From UHGV virus genome UHGV-1754446: 20,188 nt of DNA. One strand, given 5' to 3'. Below the pieces are notes generated by a model. That model had not been told where the DNA came from, did no database searches, and worked only from the letters and a program-made list of their open reading frames with translations. This document shows positions 8,509-15,253 of this stretch, piece after piece; the stretch's first letter is position 1; each line of letters starts with the position of its first letter. A program made the translations under genes and the position numbers. The DNA is from a virus.

Positions 8509-8537
8509 ACGACAGTTGCAAATTCCGCAACCGTCGT
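8509..8537 (+). terminator. Hairpin after the endolysin gene (11-bp stem with one A.C mismatch, 7-nt loop)
   Basis: ACGACAGTTGC-aaattcc-GCAACCGTCGT lies 27 nt after the amidase stop; the U-tract is weak, so this is a candidate terminator only. Confidence 0.35.
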
Positions 8538-8606
8538 AAAGGCGTTCTTTGACATTGTGGGTTGCCGTTAAAAATACAATATTTTCGAAAAATTATATAC
8601 AATTAT

Positions 8607-8628
8607 TTTGGGAAATTATATATCTTTG
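8607..8628 (+). promoter_or_regulatory. Candidate Bacteroidota-type promoter (-7 box TAtcTTTG at 8621-8628) upstream of the accessory island
   Basis: Exact match to the Bacteroides -7 consensus TAnnTTTG in an AT-rich intergenic region about 40 nt before the first possible start codon. A TTTG lies at 8607-8610, but the spacing is shorter than the canonical -33 distance. This motif occurs by chance every few kb, so the evidence is weak. Confidence 0.3.
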
Positions 8629-8640
8629 CACAATATAAGA

Positions 8641-8662
8641 AGCCCTTACGGCAATAAGGGCT
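8641..8662 (+). promoter_or_regulatory. Perfect 8-bp hairpin (AGCCCTTA-cggcaa-TAAGGGCT) immediately upstream of ORF 8666..9295
   Basis: Read directly from the sequence; lies between the candidate promoter and the start codon, so it is a 5'-UTR structure or operator candidate. Confidence 0.3.
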
Positions 8663-8665
8663 GAA

Positions 8666-9295
8666 ATGACAGACGGTGTGCCCGTCTTAAATTTAAATTA
8701 TATGGCAAAGATAAATAATAATTTTGAGAAACGAAAACGCATCACGAAAAATGAAGCGTTGGAACTGCTAAAAGATTGTTATGAGGACATCTTCAAGGCG
8801 TATTACGCAGGTCTGGAAAATTACAATGAAGAAATAAATATGACCATACCTGAAGCAAGGACAAGGCTTGTAGGTCCTTTGCTTAACGCAAAAATAACAG
8901 AGAGTTTCATTCTCACATTTCCCGAGAACTGGAACAAAGGCAAATACGGAAGGATAATATTCAGATGGAACGGTGTGCTCATGCTCATCAAGAAATTGAA
9001 CAAGAATGACAAGCCGTCTTACATTCCGACAATACTTTCAGATTCGATTGTCAACCAATACCAATTACCGCTTTTCCAAGGCGATGAAGGCAAGGAAGAG
9101 CCGATATTGATTTTCGGATATACAAAGGACGGTTTCGGGCAGCTCGTAAACCCGAGAATTGTCTTGTATGACGATGGGGTTCAATGGACTGCCTATATGG
9201 AAGACGGTGTAAATATGCCGACTGCCAATACAGACACGCAGGAGATTATTGTCCGCCTGAAAAAGAAAGAGACAGGAGAAAAGAAGGCAGAATAA
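8666..9295 (+). CDS. Hypothetical protein (197-209 aa), first gene of the accessory island; candidate effector
   Basis: ORF with possible starts at 8666 (MTDGVPV...) or 8702 (MAKINNNFEK...); no motif I recognise; lower GC than the flanking lysis genes; bracketed by the 15-bp inverted repeat. Confidence 0.75.
   Translation: MTDGVPVLNLNYMAKINNNFEKRKRITKNEALELLKDCYEDIFKAYYAGLENYNEEINMTIPEARTRLVGPLLNAKITESFILTFPENWNKGKYGRIIFRWNGVLMLIKKLNKNDKPSYIPTILSDSIVNQYQLPLFQGDEGKEEPILIFGYTKDGFGQLVNPRIVLYDDGVQWTAYMEDGVNMPTANTDTQEIIVRLKKKETGEKKAE
8669..8683. repeat. Left copy of a 15-bp perfect inverted repeat (ACAGACGGTGTGCCC)
   Basis: Exact reverse complement of 9301..9315; overlaps codons 2-6 of the ORF that starts at 8666. 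Confidence 0.9.
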
Positions 9296-9300
9296 CAGCA

Positions 9301-9315
9301 GGGCACACCGTCTGT
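9301..9315. repeat. Right copy of the 15-bp perfect inverted repeat (GGGCACACCGTCTGT)
   Basis: Exact reverse complement of 8669..8683; lies 6 nt after the stop of ORF 8666..9295 and 33 nt before the XRE-ImmA start. Confidence 0.9.
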
Positions 9316-9347
9316 TTTCAACAAACGACCTATAAAAGCAACGTCTT

Positions 9348-10403
9348 ATGAAATGTGAGCAGCTAACATTCGCAAGGGAATACAGGGGATTTACGCAAAC
9401 CGCACTCGCGGCAAAAGTCAAAGGGCTATCGCAATCCAACCTGTCAAAATATGAAAAGGGGTTTGGCGGGCTGTCAGACAACATGCTTAGTTTGATTATG
9501 TCCACGCTTGATTTTCCGATGAAATTCCTTGACATGAATATTGTGAACAAGGTTGACAGCAAGCATTACAGGAAAAAGGCAACCATAACCGTAAAGACAC
9601 GCAACGAGATAGACAGGACAATATCCCTGATTGCGTATTGTTTTGATTGGCTTAGTGAATTTGTCGAGATACCTGACTATTCATTTGGATACTACGACAT
9701 GGACAACGGCATAAGCCCGGAGGAACTTGCCGGGCACATAAGGAACAAATACAGGCTCGGCATGTCGCCTATATCCGATATTTGCAATTTCCTTGAGCGC
9801 AATGGGGTATTCATTTACATGTGGGACAGTCCTAACGACGAGTTTGACGGGGTATCCCTGATAACTGACGCAGGCAATCATCTTATCATTGTGAACAGGA
9901 ACAGAAGCAACGACAGGGTAAGGTTTACGCTTGCACATGAGCTGGGACACATACTGATGCACGAGTGCCCAAGTTTCCCGGTATTCAGCATTAGAGACAA
10001 GGAGAAAGAGGCGAACGCTTTTGCATCAGAGTTCCTTCTCCCCTCCCAGGCTGTCAGAAACGCCTTGCACAATGTCAGGCTCGGACAGTTCCCTGAGCTG
10101 AAACGGTATTGGCTTGTTTCCATGGCATCACTTTTGGAAAAGGCAAAAAACATAAACGCCATTGCAAGTGAGAAGTACAAGTCTATGAGAATGGAGTTCA
10201 GCAGACGCCATTGGAATAAGAAAGAACCTTACGAAGTGCCTATTGACAGCCCTACCGTCTTTGAGCAGGCATATAGGCTGGTATCGGACACATTGGGGTA
10301 TTCAATCAGCATGATTTCGGAAAGCACAGGCTTGCCCGAGGATGTCTTGATAAAGATATTCGGCAAATCTGCGAGGATAATATCATTAAAGCCACTAATA
10401 TAA
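9348..10403 (+). CDS. HTH_XRE DNA-binding domain fused to ImmA/IrrE-family Zn-metallopeptidase (COG2856-like)
   Basis: N-terminus LTFAREYRGFTQTALAAKVKGLSQSNLSKYEKG is a typical XRE helix-turn-helix. The central part has the HEXXH Zn site (AHELGHILMHE) followed by EKEANAFASEFLLP, the third-ligand/E..AN.FA motif characteristic of ImmA/IrrE peptidases. Confidence 0.9.
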   Translation: MKCEQLTFAREYRGFTQTALAAKVKGLSQSNLSKYEKGFGGLSDNMLSLIMSTLDFPMKFLDMNIVNKVDSKHYRKKATITVKTRNEIDRTISLIAYCFDWLSEFVEIPDYSFGYYDMDNGISPEELAGHIRNKYRLGMSPISDICNFLERNGVFIYMWDSPNDEFDGVSLITDAGNHLIIVNRNRSNDRVRFTLAHELGHILMHECPSFPVFSIRDKEKEANAFASEFLLPSQAVRNALHNVRLGQFPELKRYWLVSMASLLEKAKNINAIASEKYKSMRMEFSRRHWNKKEPYEVPIDSPTVFEQAYRLVSDTLGYSISMISESTGLPEDVLIKIFGKSARIISLKPLI

Positions 10404-10429
10404 CAATTATCTATTTTGATACAACACAG

Positions 10430-10467
10430 GCGGTGACCCACATATCAAGGGTTGCCGCTTTTTGTTT
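10430..10467 (+). terminator. Rho-independent terminator after the XRE-ImmA gene
   Basis: GCGGUGACCC-acauaucaa-GGGUUGCCGC forms a 10-bp stem (with two G.U pairs at RNA level) followed by TTTTTGTTT; it starts 27 nt after the stop codon. Confidence 0.6.
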
Positions 10468-10485
10468 AATAAAAAATGAAAGAAC

Positions 10486-10995
10486 ATGGGAAGATTTAAA
10501 GGATTGCTTGTGGTAGTATCGGTGTTGTTGACCGCATCATTATGCGTCAACATACTCCAGTGCAGTAATGCCGGAAAGAAAACAACGAATCAGGACACAG
10601 TACGGACTACATATATAGACACCATTCCGTTCTTGAATCCTGTACCCAAAGACAGTACGGTGATACGGTATGTTACGGAGACGTTGCCCGTGACTTGCCG
10701 CAAAGACACGATATACGAAGAGAAGGGCGGGAATACAGGCGACAGCGTCAAGGTGACACTGCCTATAACTTCCAAAGTCTATAAGGACAGTACCTATACC
10801 GCATACGTGAGCGGATTCCGCGCGAATCTTGACAGTATATTTGTATATCCGAGACACGAGACTGTAACTGTCACAAGGTACAAGGAAAGTCCGCGCCTTG
10901 GCGTCGGTATTGCCGCAGGTTACGGTATAGGGAAAGACATGAAACCGACACCTTTCATAGGAATATCCGTATATTATAGGCTTTGGCAGTGGTAG
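10486..10995 (+). CDS. Secreted or membrane-anchored protein with N-terminal signal peptide (possible lipoprotein); superinfection-exclusion candidate
   Basis: N-terminus MGRFKGLLVVVSVLLTASLCVNILQC is a hydrophobic signal or anchor with Cys residues near the predicted cleavage region; the mature part is rich in T/S/Y/V. Function is inferred from its accessory-island position. Confidence 0.7.
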   Translation: MGRFKGLLVVVSVLLTASLCVNILQCSNAGKKTTNQDTVRTTYIDTIPFLNPVPKDSTVIRYVTETLPVTCRKDTIYEEKGGNTGDSVKVTLPITSKVYKDSTYTAYVSGFRANLDSIFVYPRHETVTVTRYKESPRLGVGIAAGYGIGKDMKPTPFIGISVYYRLWQW

Positions 10996-10997
10996 TA

Positions 10998-11201
10998 TCA
11001 GCCATCTGGGAACAGTCTTTCGTAGAACTCTCCCTGCCGTCGCACCAAAGCTTCCCCATAGTCCAACCCGTAAACATCGGCATCGTGCCTTGCTATGCGT
11101 CGCACACGAGCCTGTGCCGAGCGCGGACAATGTATGGCAATCAGATGCTCTGCCTCGGCAAACAGACGGGCGGAGTATTCATCATTTGGCATCTGTGTCA
11201 T
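10998..11201 (-). CDS. Small GC-rich protein (67 aa) with strong Shine-Dalgarno
   Basis: AAGGAGG lies 5 nt upstream of the ATG at 11201 on the minus strand; no motif recognised. It converges on the + strand gene, with stop codons 2 nt apart. Confidence 0.4.
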   Translation of the reverse strand: MTQMPNDEYSARLFAEAEHLIAIHCPRSAQARVRRIARHDADVYGLDYGEALVRRQGEFYERLFPDG

Positions 11202-11565
11202 CAGATTCCTCCTTTTCTGAGTTTATAGATACGAACAATCTCTCGTAGTCATCACAACTGATTTCAAAGCAGTTCTGACTTATTACTCCGTCAGAATCCC
11301 CGAAAACGTAAAACGGGGTATACGGACTGTATGTCTTCAGGACACCCACATCCTTTTTGTTGTCCTGCCTGTGTCTGATATAGAACCAGTAATGAGGTCT
11401 TTTGTAACCGACACACCATAGCAGCATAAGGACAAACAACAAGAAGAAAAAACAGAAAAACCATTTCGGCAGGAAAACGTCAATCAGAAAGAATGTAACC
11501 CATGCCGTTACCATTACGGCGAAAGCCTCAAAAGATGTCTTGTAATCAAAATTTTTCATTTTCAT
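11182..11565 (-). CDS. Small integral membrane protein
   Basis: Hydrophobic segments FAVMVTAWVTFFLIDVF and FFCFFFLLFVLMLLWCVGY. Preferred start is the ATG at 11565 (MKMKNFDYK); the ORF track extends to 11592, which would overlap the upstream gene by 20 nt. Confidence 0.6.
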   Translation of the reverse strand: MKMKNFDYKTSFEAFAVMVTAWVTFFLIDVFLPKWFFCFFFLLFVLMLLWCVGYKRPHYWFYIRHRQDNKKDVGVLKTYSPYTPFYVFGDSDGVISQNCFEISCDDYERLFVSINSEKEESDDTDAK

Positions 11566-11572
11566 AATATGT

Positions 11573-12127
11573 TTAATATTTCTTATTCCCATGCTTAAAT
11601 GGGCGGAGTCTGTTATAGCGCATCTTCTGCTCGACGTAGAAGTCGATGTCGATATCGTTTTGGTGGCAGAATAAGATAATGAGGGCTACAGTGAGATTGA
11701 TTTTTTCGCAAAGGGCTTCCTTATATAAACAAAGTCCCTCACAAAGATGGTACATGACGACGGGGAATGGCTCATTAATGAATTTTGCGTCTGAAGCAAG
11801 AAACTCGTCAACGTAATGCAGGGATATTCCGCGCAGTGCAGCCAAGTCCAAACAGCGTATGATGATGTCGCTAAGTTCATCCTCAACCGAGTTTTTGACG
11901 TGTGTCTCAAATTCATACTTAAATACAACGTCGTCATCGGCGTATGTTCCAAGTAATGCTTTGAAAAGGTCAATGTCCGTGTGCCTGTCCTTGCGGTCTG
12001 CCTGTACAGCTTCAGATATCTCAGTAATGATAAGCATCAAATAAGTTTCGTCAGGCAGTTCTTCATCGTGCCATCCGTGCGTCTTTGCGGTCTCAAAAAC
12101 TGCTTTTGATAATTTAGTCAAATCCAT
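11573..12127 (-). CDS. MazG-like (all-alpha) nucleoside triphosphate pyrophosphohydrolase
   Basis: Acidic motifs in MazG-like spacing: LMLIITEISEAVQADRKD (E..E) and EDELSDIIIRCLDLAALRGISL (E..D, with the L.LA...GI.L helix), plus a C-terminal K..YNRLRP tail. Family assignment is from motifs only. Confidence 0.55.
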   Translation of the reverse strand: MDLTKLSKAVFETAKTHGWHDEELPDETYLMLIITEISEAVQADRKDRHTDIDLFKALLGTYADDDVVFKYEFETHVKNSVEDELSDIIIRCLDLAALRGISLHYVDEFLASDAKFINEPFPVVMYHLCEGLCLYKEALCEKINLTVALIILFCHQNDIDIDFYVEQKMRYNRLRPFKHGNKKY

Positions 12128-12180
12128 ACTACTTATATTTTATTTTTAGGCATTTAATGCTTAGTGTTAATATCTGTATA

Positions 12181-12927
12181 TCACTGCGACGCGCACTCGC
12201 TTTCAAGCTCGTTCCAATCCTCGTCGGTAATGTATTTGCGGCATTCAGGATTAAGCTTCAACGCCTCATAGCCGACACGGTTGAGGAAACGCTCGCTCGT
12301 CAGCTTCTTCTCTATGATACGGAAGGCGAGCATGGCGTTGGCGTCCTTGTTCAGGTCTATGGTTATCCCGTCCTCGGTCTTGCATATCATGTCCGCAGCC
12401 TGCTCAAAATGGTAGAGGGTGCGTGACAGCCGCGCAGGATTCATGTATTTGTCAAAATGAATGCCGGGCGCGGCTTCGTCAGCCGTCTTTATCTGCACAT
12501 CGTAAAGATGTACCGCGTATGCCAGAAGATTGCGGGCGGTCTCGACATAGGACTTAAGCTCCGTTTCGGTCTGCCTGTACTTGTCGAGCAGCGACTTTAT
12601 GGAGAAGCGCAGGATGTCGACATGCGGCTGTATGTCCTCCTCCACTGTGTCAAGATAGTCATAGAAGAGCTGCGTGCGGTCTCCGAAGTTCTGGATGTGA
12701 AGCTTCTCGTAGGCGTAGTACGCCCTCTCCGCTTCCCTGATGTGACGCTTCAGAGTGAAACGGTAGTACGGTGTCTTCCGTACTCTCTCTATGGCGTCGA
12801 ACATTGTCTTGCCCGCCACTGTGTTGGCGGCTCCCATAACAAGGTTGACGAGTGAGTTGAGACGCTCGAACACCTCCATCGCGCGCTGGCTGCTCACTGC
12901 CGTAGCCTGTCGTACGTATGCTGTCAT
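12181..12927 (-). CDS. Hypothetical protein (248 aa)
   Basis: Long ORF in the operon, with an ATGA overlap to the downstream gene at 12924-12927. No motif recognised. Confidence 0.75.
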   Translation of the reverse strand: MTAYVRQATAVSSQRAMEVFERLNSLVNLVMGAANTVAGKTMFDAIERVRKTPYYRFTLKRHIREAERAYYAYEKLHIQNFGDRTQLFYDYLDTVEEDIQPHVDILRFSIKSLLDKYRQTETELKSYVETARNLLAYAVHLYDVQIKTADEAAPGIHFDKYMNPARLSRTLYHFEQAADMICKTEDGITIDLNKDANAMLAFRIIEKKLTSERFLNRVGYEALKLNPECRKYITDEDWNELESECASQ

Positions 12928-13184
12928 TGCTGACCTCCTTTCTTCAAATCATTCAAAGCCTTGTCATTGCAGCTTTTACAAAACAATTTATTGAGAGTTC
13001 CTTTTAGCATGACTAAATAGACATCATCGTCATCCTTGAACTTGCGGTTGCAATTAAAACAAAGCCTTTGAACATAAAGCCCTATACTTTCTCTCGACTT
13101 GCGGAACTGCCAGAATTTCAAGAATGGCTTATCAACAGCGTTTAGTACCTCGTATTCACGTTTGGTGATTTTCACTACTTTCAT
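12924..13184 (-). CDS. Small Zn-ribbon-like protein (CxxC ... CxxC)
   Basis: 86 aa with CFNCNRK ... CKSCND; ATGA-type overlap with neighbours on both sides. Confidence 0.65.
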   Translation of the reverse strand: MKVVKITKREYEVLNAVDKPFLKFWQFRKSRESIGLYVQRLCFNCNRKFKDDDDVYLVMLKGTLNKLFCKSCNDKALNDLKKGGQQ

Positions 13185-13555
13185 TTTATACCTCCTTTCA
13201 GTAGCTCTGGGTTGTCGTGGATGTTGCCGATTATCGTTGCTTTATCGGTAGGAAGGAAGCCTAATCTTTCAATACCTCCGATAAAAGAGCATTCAGAATC
13301 ACTATATTCCACATCCACAATATCTCCGTCTGGAAATTGAATAATATCCCCTTCGTAAATCTCCTTCCCCTTTTTATCATACAAGCCTGTGAACTGGCTT
13401 ACGGTGGAGGGGGCGATTTCTCGTTTCCACACGGCATTAGAGCTGTCGCTCTTTTCGAGAATGTTGCAGTCTCCGTCCGCCCATATTAAAAGCGAACCAT
13501 AGCACCACTCATCGTTTGCAAGGCGTTTGCCTCTGAACTTGATTGCTCGTTTCAT
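13181..13555 (-). CDS. YopX-family phage protein
   Basis: N-terminal IKFRGKRLANDEWCYGSL and C-terminal IGNIHDNPELL match the YopX signature (KFR.W ... YG ... GNI[HY][DE]NPELL). Confidence 0.8.
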   Translation of the reverse strand: MKRAIKFRGKRLANDEWCYGSLLIWADGDCNILEKSDSSNAVWKREIAPSTVSQFTGLYDKKGKEIYEGDIIQFPDGDIVDVEYSDSECSFIGGIERLGFLPTDKATIIGNIHDNPELLKGGIK

Positions 13556-13863
13556 GACCGCACCTCCTTTCCGTCGGACAGAAGGTCGTCAAGATAGGCG
13601 AACTTGTCAACCTCTCCCCATAATCGTTCAAACGACAGGTCGCGCAGGTCTTTGTAGACAGCGGCATTCCCGTTCTTGAATAAGACGAGTGTCTTGCGCT
13701 TAGGTTGGCAAGATACAGTGCCGTTGTGCCACACGGCGTTGATGCGCCAGTTGGCACCATCTATAAACCCATGTTCATAATACGGCACGTATTTTGGATT
13801 GAAGATGCTGTTGTCAATAACACAACTTTCTGTTGCCGCCTTTTCAATCTGTTCTCTTGTCAT
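13552..13863 (-). CDS. Hypothetical protein (103 aa)
   Basis: ORF coupled to the downstream YopX gene by a 4-nt overlap. No motif recognised. Confidence 0.7.
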   Translation of the reverse strand: MTREQIEKAATESCVIDNSIFNPKYVPYYEHGFIDGANWRINAVWHNGTVSCQPKRKTLVLFKNGNAAVYKDLRDLSFERLWGEVDKFAYLDDLLSDGKEVRS

Positions 13864-13896
13864 ATCTTATTTGTATTAATATTCTTTCCCTCCATT

Positions 13897-14061
13897 TTAT
13901 CTTGTGATTTTAGAGGAAATTTTCCTTGTATTTCCTTTGTTTTCCTTTGCCAAACACTCATTGCCACATCTTCTGCCCACGTCGTACTTATCGCACCATC
14001 CGTCTCCGTAGAAGCCTTCGTTAATGAAGTGGATACATGAGCCGCAGTGTCTTGCTTTCAT
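13897..14061 (-). CDS. Small Cys-rich protein (54 aa, putative Zn-binding), coupled to the PAPS-reductase-like gene
   Basis: Not in the ORF track (below 60 aa). Own translation: MKARHCGSCIHFINEGFYGDGWCDKYDVGRRCGNECLAKENKGNTRKISSKITR. Its ATG overlaps the stop of 14058..14975 (ATGA). Confidence 0.4.
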   Translation of the reverse strand: MKARHCGSCIHFINEGFYGDGWCDKYDVGRRCGNECLAKENKGNTRKISSKITR

Positions 14062-14975
14062 TTTTCGTCGTCTTTAAATTCAAATTTCTGTTGCAGGAAC
14101 TCGTCAGCGTAGAACTGCTTGTAGCTCTTGTCGCTTATCCACCACCTAAAGCCTGTTTCAGCGTCGTTGAAATTGTGGTCGATATATCCGTTGTCTATCA
14201 GCCATTGGATTGTCTTTATCCAATTGCGTTTGACGTGCGGCCAGCGTTTAGCATCTTCCTTCTTTATCCGTGCGTTCGACATAGGGCAACAGATGCAGCC
14301 AATGCGTGTATAACCCTCGTCGTAGAGTTCGCAGTGTGGTATGCCGTTCATGTTAAGGAACTCCCACACGTCGCGCTCCGTCCAATAGATTATGGGCGAT
14401 ACAAGGATTTTGTCCTTACCGCCGACACACGCAACCATGCTCTCCTCATGTTCGCTCCATTGGTCAAAGGTTTCCTCATTGCGCTTGCCCTTTATCTCTG
14501 TGGATATTTCCTCACGTTTTGCACGCCGTGCGCTTTCTTCTTTTCTCACACCGATAAGTGTCACCTTGCCAACGCCTGACGTTTCCTTGAACTCGGCACA
14601 ACACCAACGCAAAGTCCTTGTCGGCAAGATGTGCTTTTTCTTCGCCATTTCGTAAATGCTCATCCGTGGTTTGATTAGCTCCACATCGGGGTATTGCGTC
14701 TTGACGAAGCGGATGACTTCGGGCGGGTCTATGCTCGTAAGGTTCATGTGAGCCTTGAAGCGGACACCGGCCAGCTTTGCGACATGGTAGAGGCATTGGC
14801 TGTCCTTGCCGCCACTGAACGCAAGGTAAAAGCCGTTTTCGGGGTCGAGGCGCAACGCCATTTTCTCCGACTTCCGCAAAAGTTCGACGGAGTGTTCCAG
14901 CTTCCTTGCAAGCGGACGGCTTACCTTTGACATTACGGTGTCGTGGTCAAGCAGTATTATTTCACACGCTTTCAT
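14058..14975 (-). CDS. PP-loop ATP-pyrophosphatase of the PAPS-reductase / TtcA-like (adenine-nucleotide alpha-hydrolase) superfamily
   Basis: PP-loop motif FYLAFSGGKDSQCLYHVA (SGGxDS), plus Cys clusters RWCCAEF and GCICCP that could ligate Fe-S or Zn, as in DndC/TtcA/CysH-like enzymes. I cannot assign the exact subfamily without a profile search. Confidence 0.85.
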   Translation of the reverse strand: MKACEIILLDHDTVMSKVSRPLARKLEHSVELLRKSEKMALRLDPENGFYLAFSGGKDSQCLYHVAKLAGVRFKAHMNLTSIDPPEVIRFVKTQYPDVELIKPRMSIYEMAKKKHILPTRTLRWCCAEFKETSGVGKVTLIGVRKEESARRAKREEISTEIKGKRNEETFDQWSEHEESMVACVGGKDKILVSPIIYWTERDVWEFLNMNGIPHCELYDEGYTRIGCICCPMSNARIKKEDAKRWPHVKRNWIKTIQWLIDNGYIDHNFNDAETGFRWWISDKSYKQFYADEFLQQKFEFKDDEK

Positions 14976-15100
14976 TTTGCCTTGTCTTTAAGTTTGAATA
15001 TAAATTCCATCAGTTGTTTGTTCTGCTGGCGGTACCTGTCAACCTCGGCTTGCAGGAAGTCAATCTCGTTGTGGTACGCCTCACGCTCAAAGTCAGTCAT
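14972..15100 (-). CDS. Small helical protein (42 aa), translationally coupled
   Basis: Own translation: MTDFEREAYHNEIDFLQAEVDRYRQQNKQLMEFIFKLKDKAK. Its stop overlaps the ATG of the PAPS-reductase-like gene. Confidence 0.35.
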   Translation of the reverse strand: MTDFEREAYHNEIDFLQAEVDRYRQQNKQLMEFIFKLKDKAK

Positions 15101-15106
15101 CGTTCA

Positions 15107-15253
15107 CTAATCGTCTACAATGGCTTTTGCTAAACCGAAGAGAAGGATATATATTCCTAACATGAGCAGTACCCATGGGAAACTTGTCAACATCCATATA
15201 GAGGCTGCCACGCAAAGTGCACCGGCATGGATGATTAGTTCAGTTCTGTTCAT
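15107..15253 (-). CDS. Small hydrophobic membrane peptide (48 aa), translationally coupled
   Basis: Own translation: MNRTELIIHAGALCVAASIWMLTSFPWVLLMLGIYILLFGLAKAIVDD. Its ATG overlaps the stop of the radical-SAM gene (ATGA). Confidence 0.35.
   Translation of the reverse strand: MNRTELIIHAGALCVAASIWMLTSFPWVLLMLGIYILLFGLAKAIVDD

Noticed and set aside
8607-8610. TTTG at 8607-8610 as the -33 element of the candidate promoter
   Set aside because: It is only ~10 nt from the -7 box rather than the ~19-21 nt expected for Bacteroides promoters, so the promoter call rests on the -7 box alone.
9065-10441. Minus-strand ORFs inside the XRE-ImmA region (9065..9562, 9681..9962, 9878..10180, 10229..10441)
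   Set aside because: The + strand gene has unmistakable HTH and HEXXH motifs across this span; the antisense frames have no motifs.
10486-10995. Calling the signal-peptide protein a bona fide lipoprotein or o-spanin
   Set aside because: The residues before the candidate Cys (ASLC, ILQC) do not fit a canonical lipobox well, and the gene is separated from the lysis cassette by two accessory genes and a terminator, so only a generic secreted or anchored call is supported.
14037-15133. Plus-strand ORFs antisense to the PAPS-reductase-like gene (14037..14579, 14392..14655, 14694..14930, 14906..15133)
   Set aside because: The minus-strand ORF carries a clear PP-loop motif and couples to its neighbours; the plus-strand translations are hydrophobic or low-complexity shadow frames.
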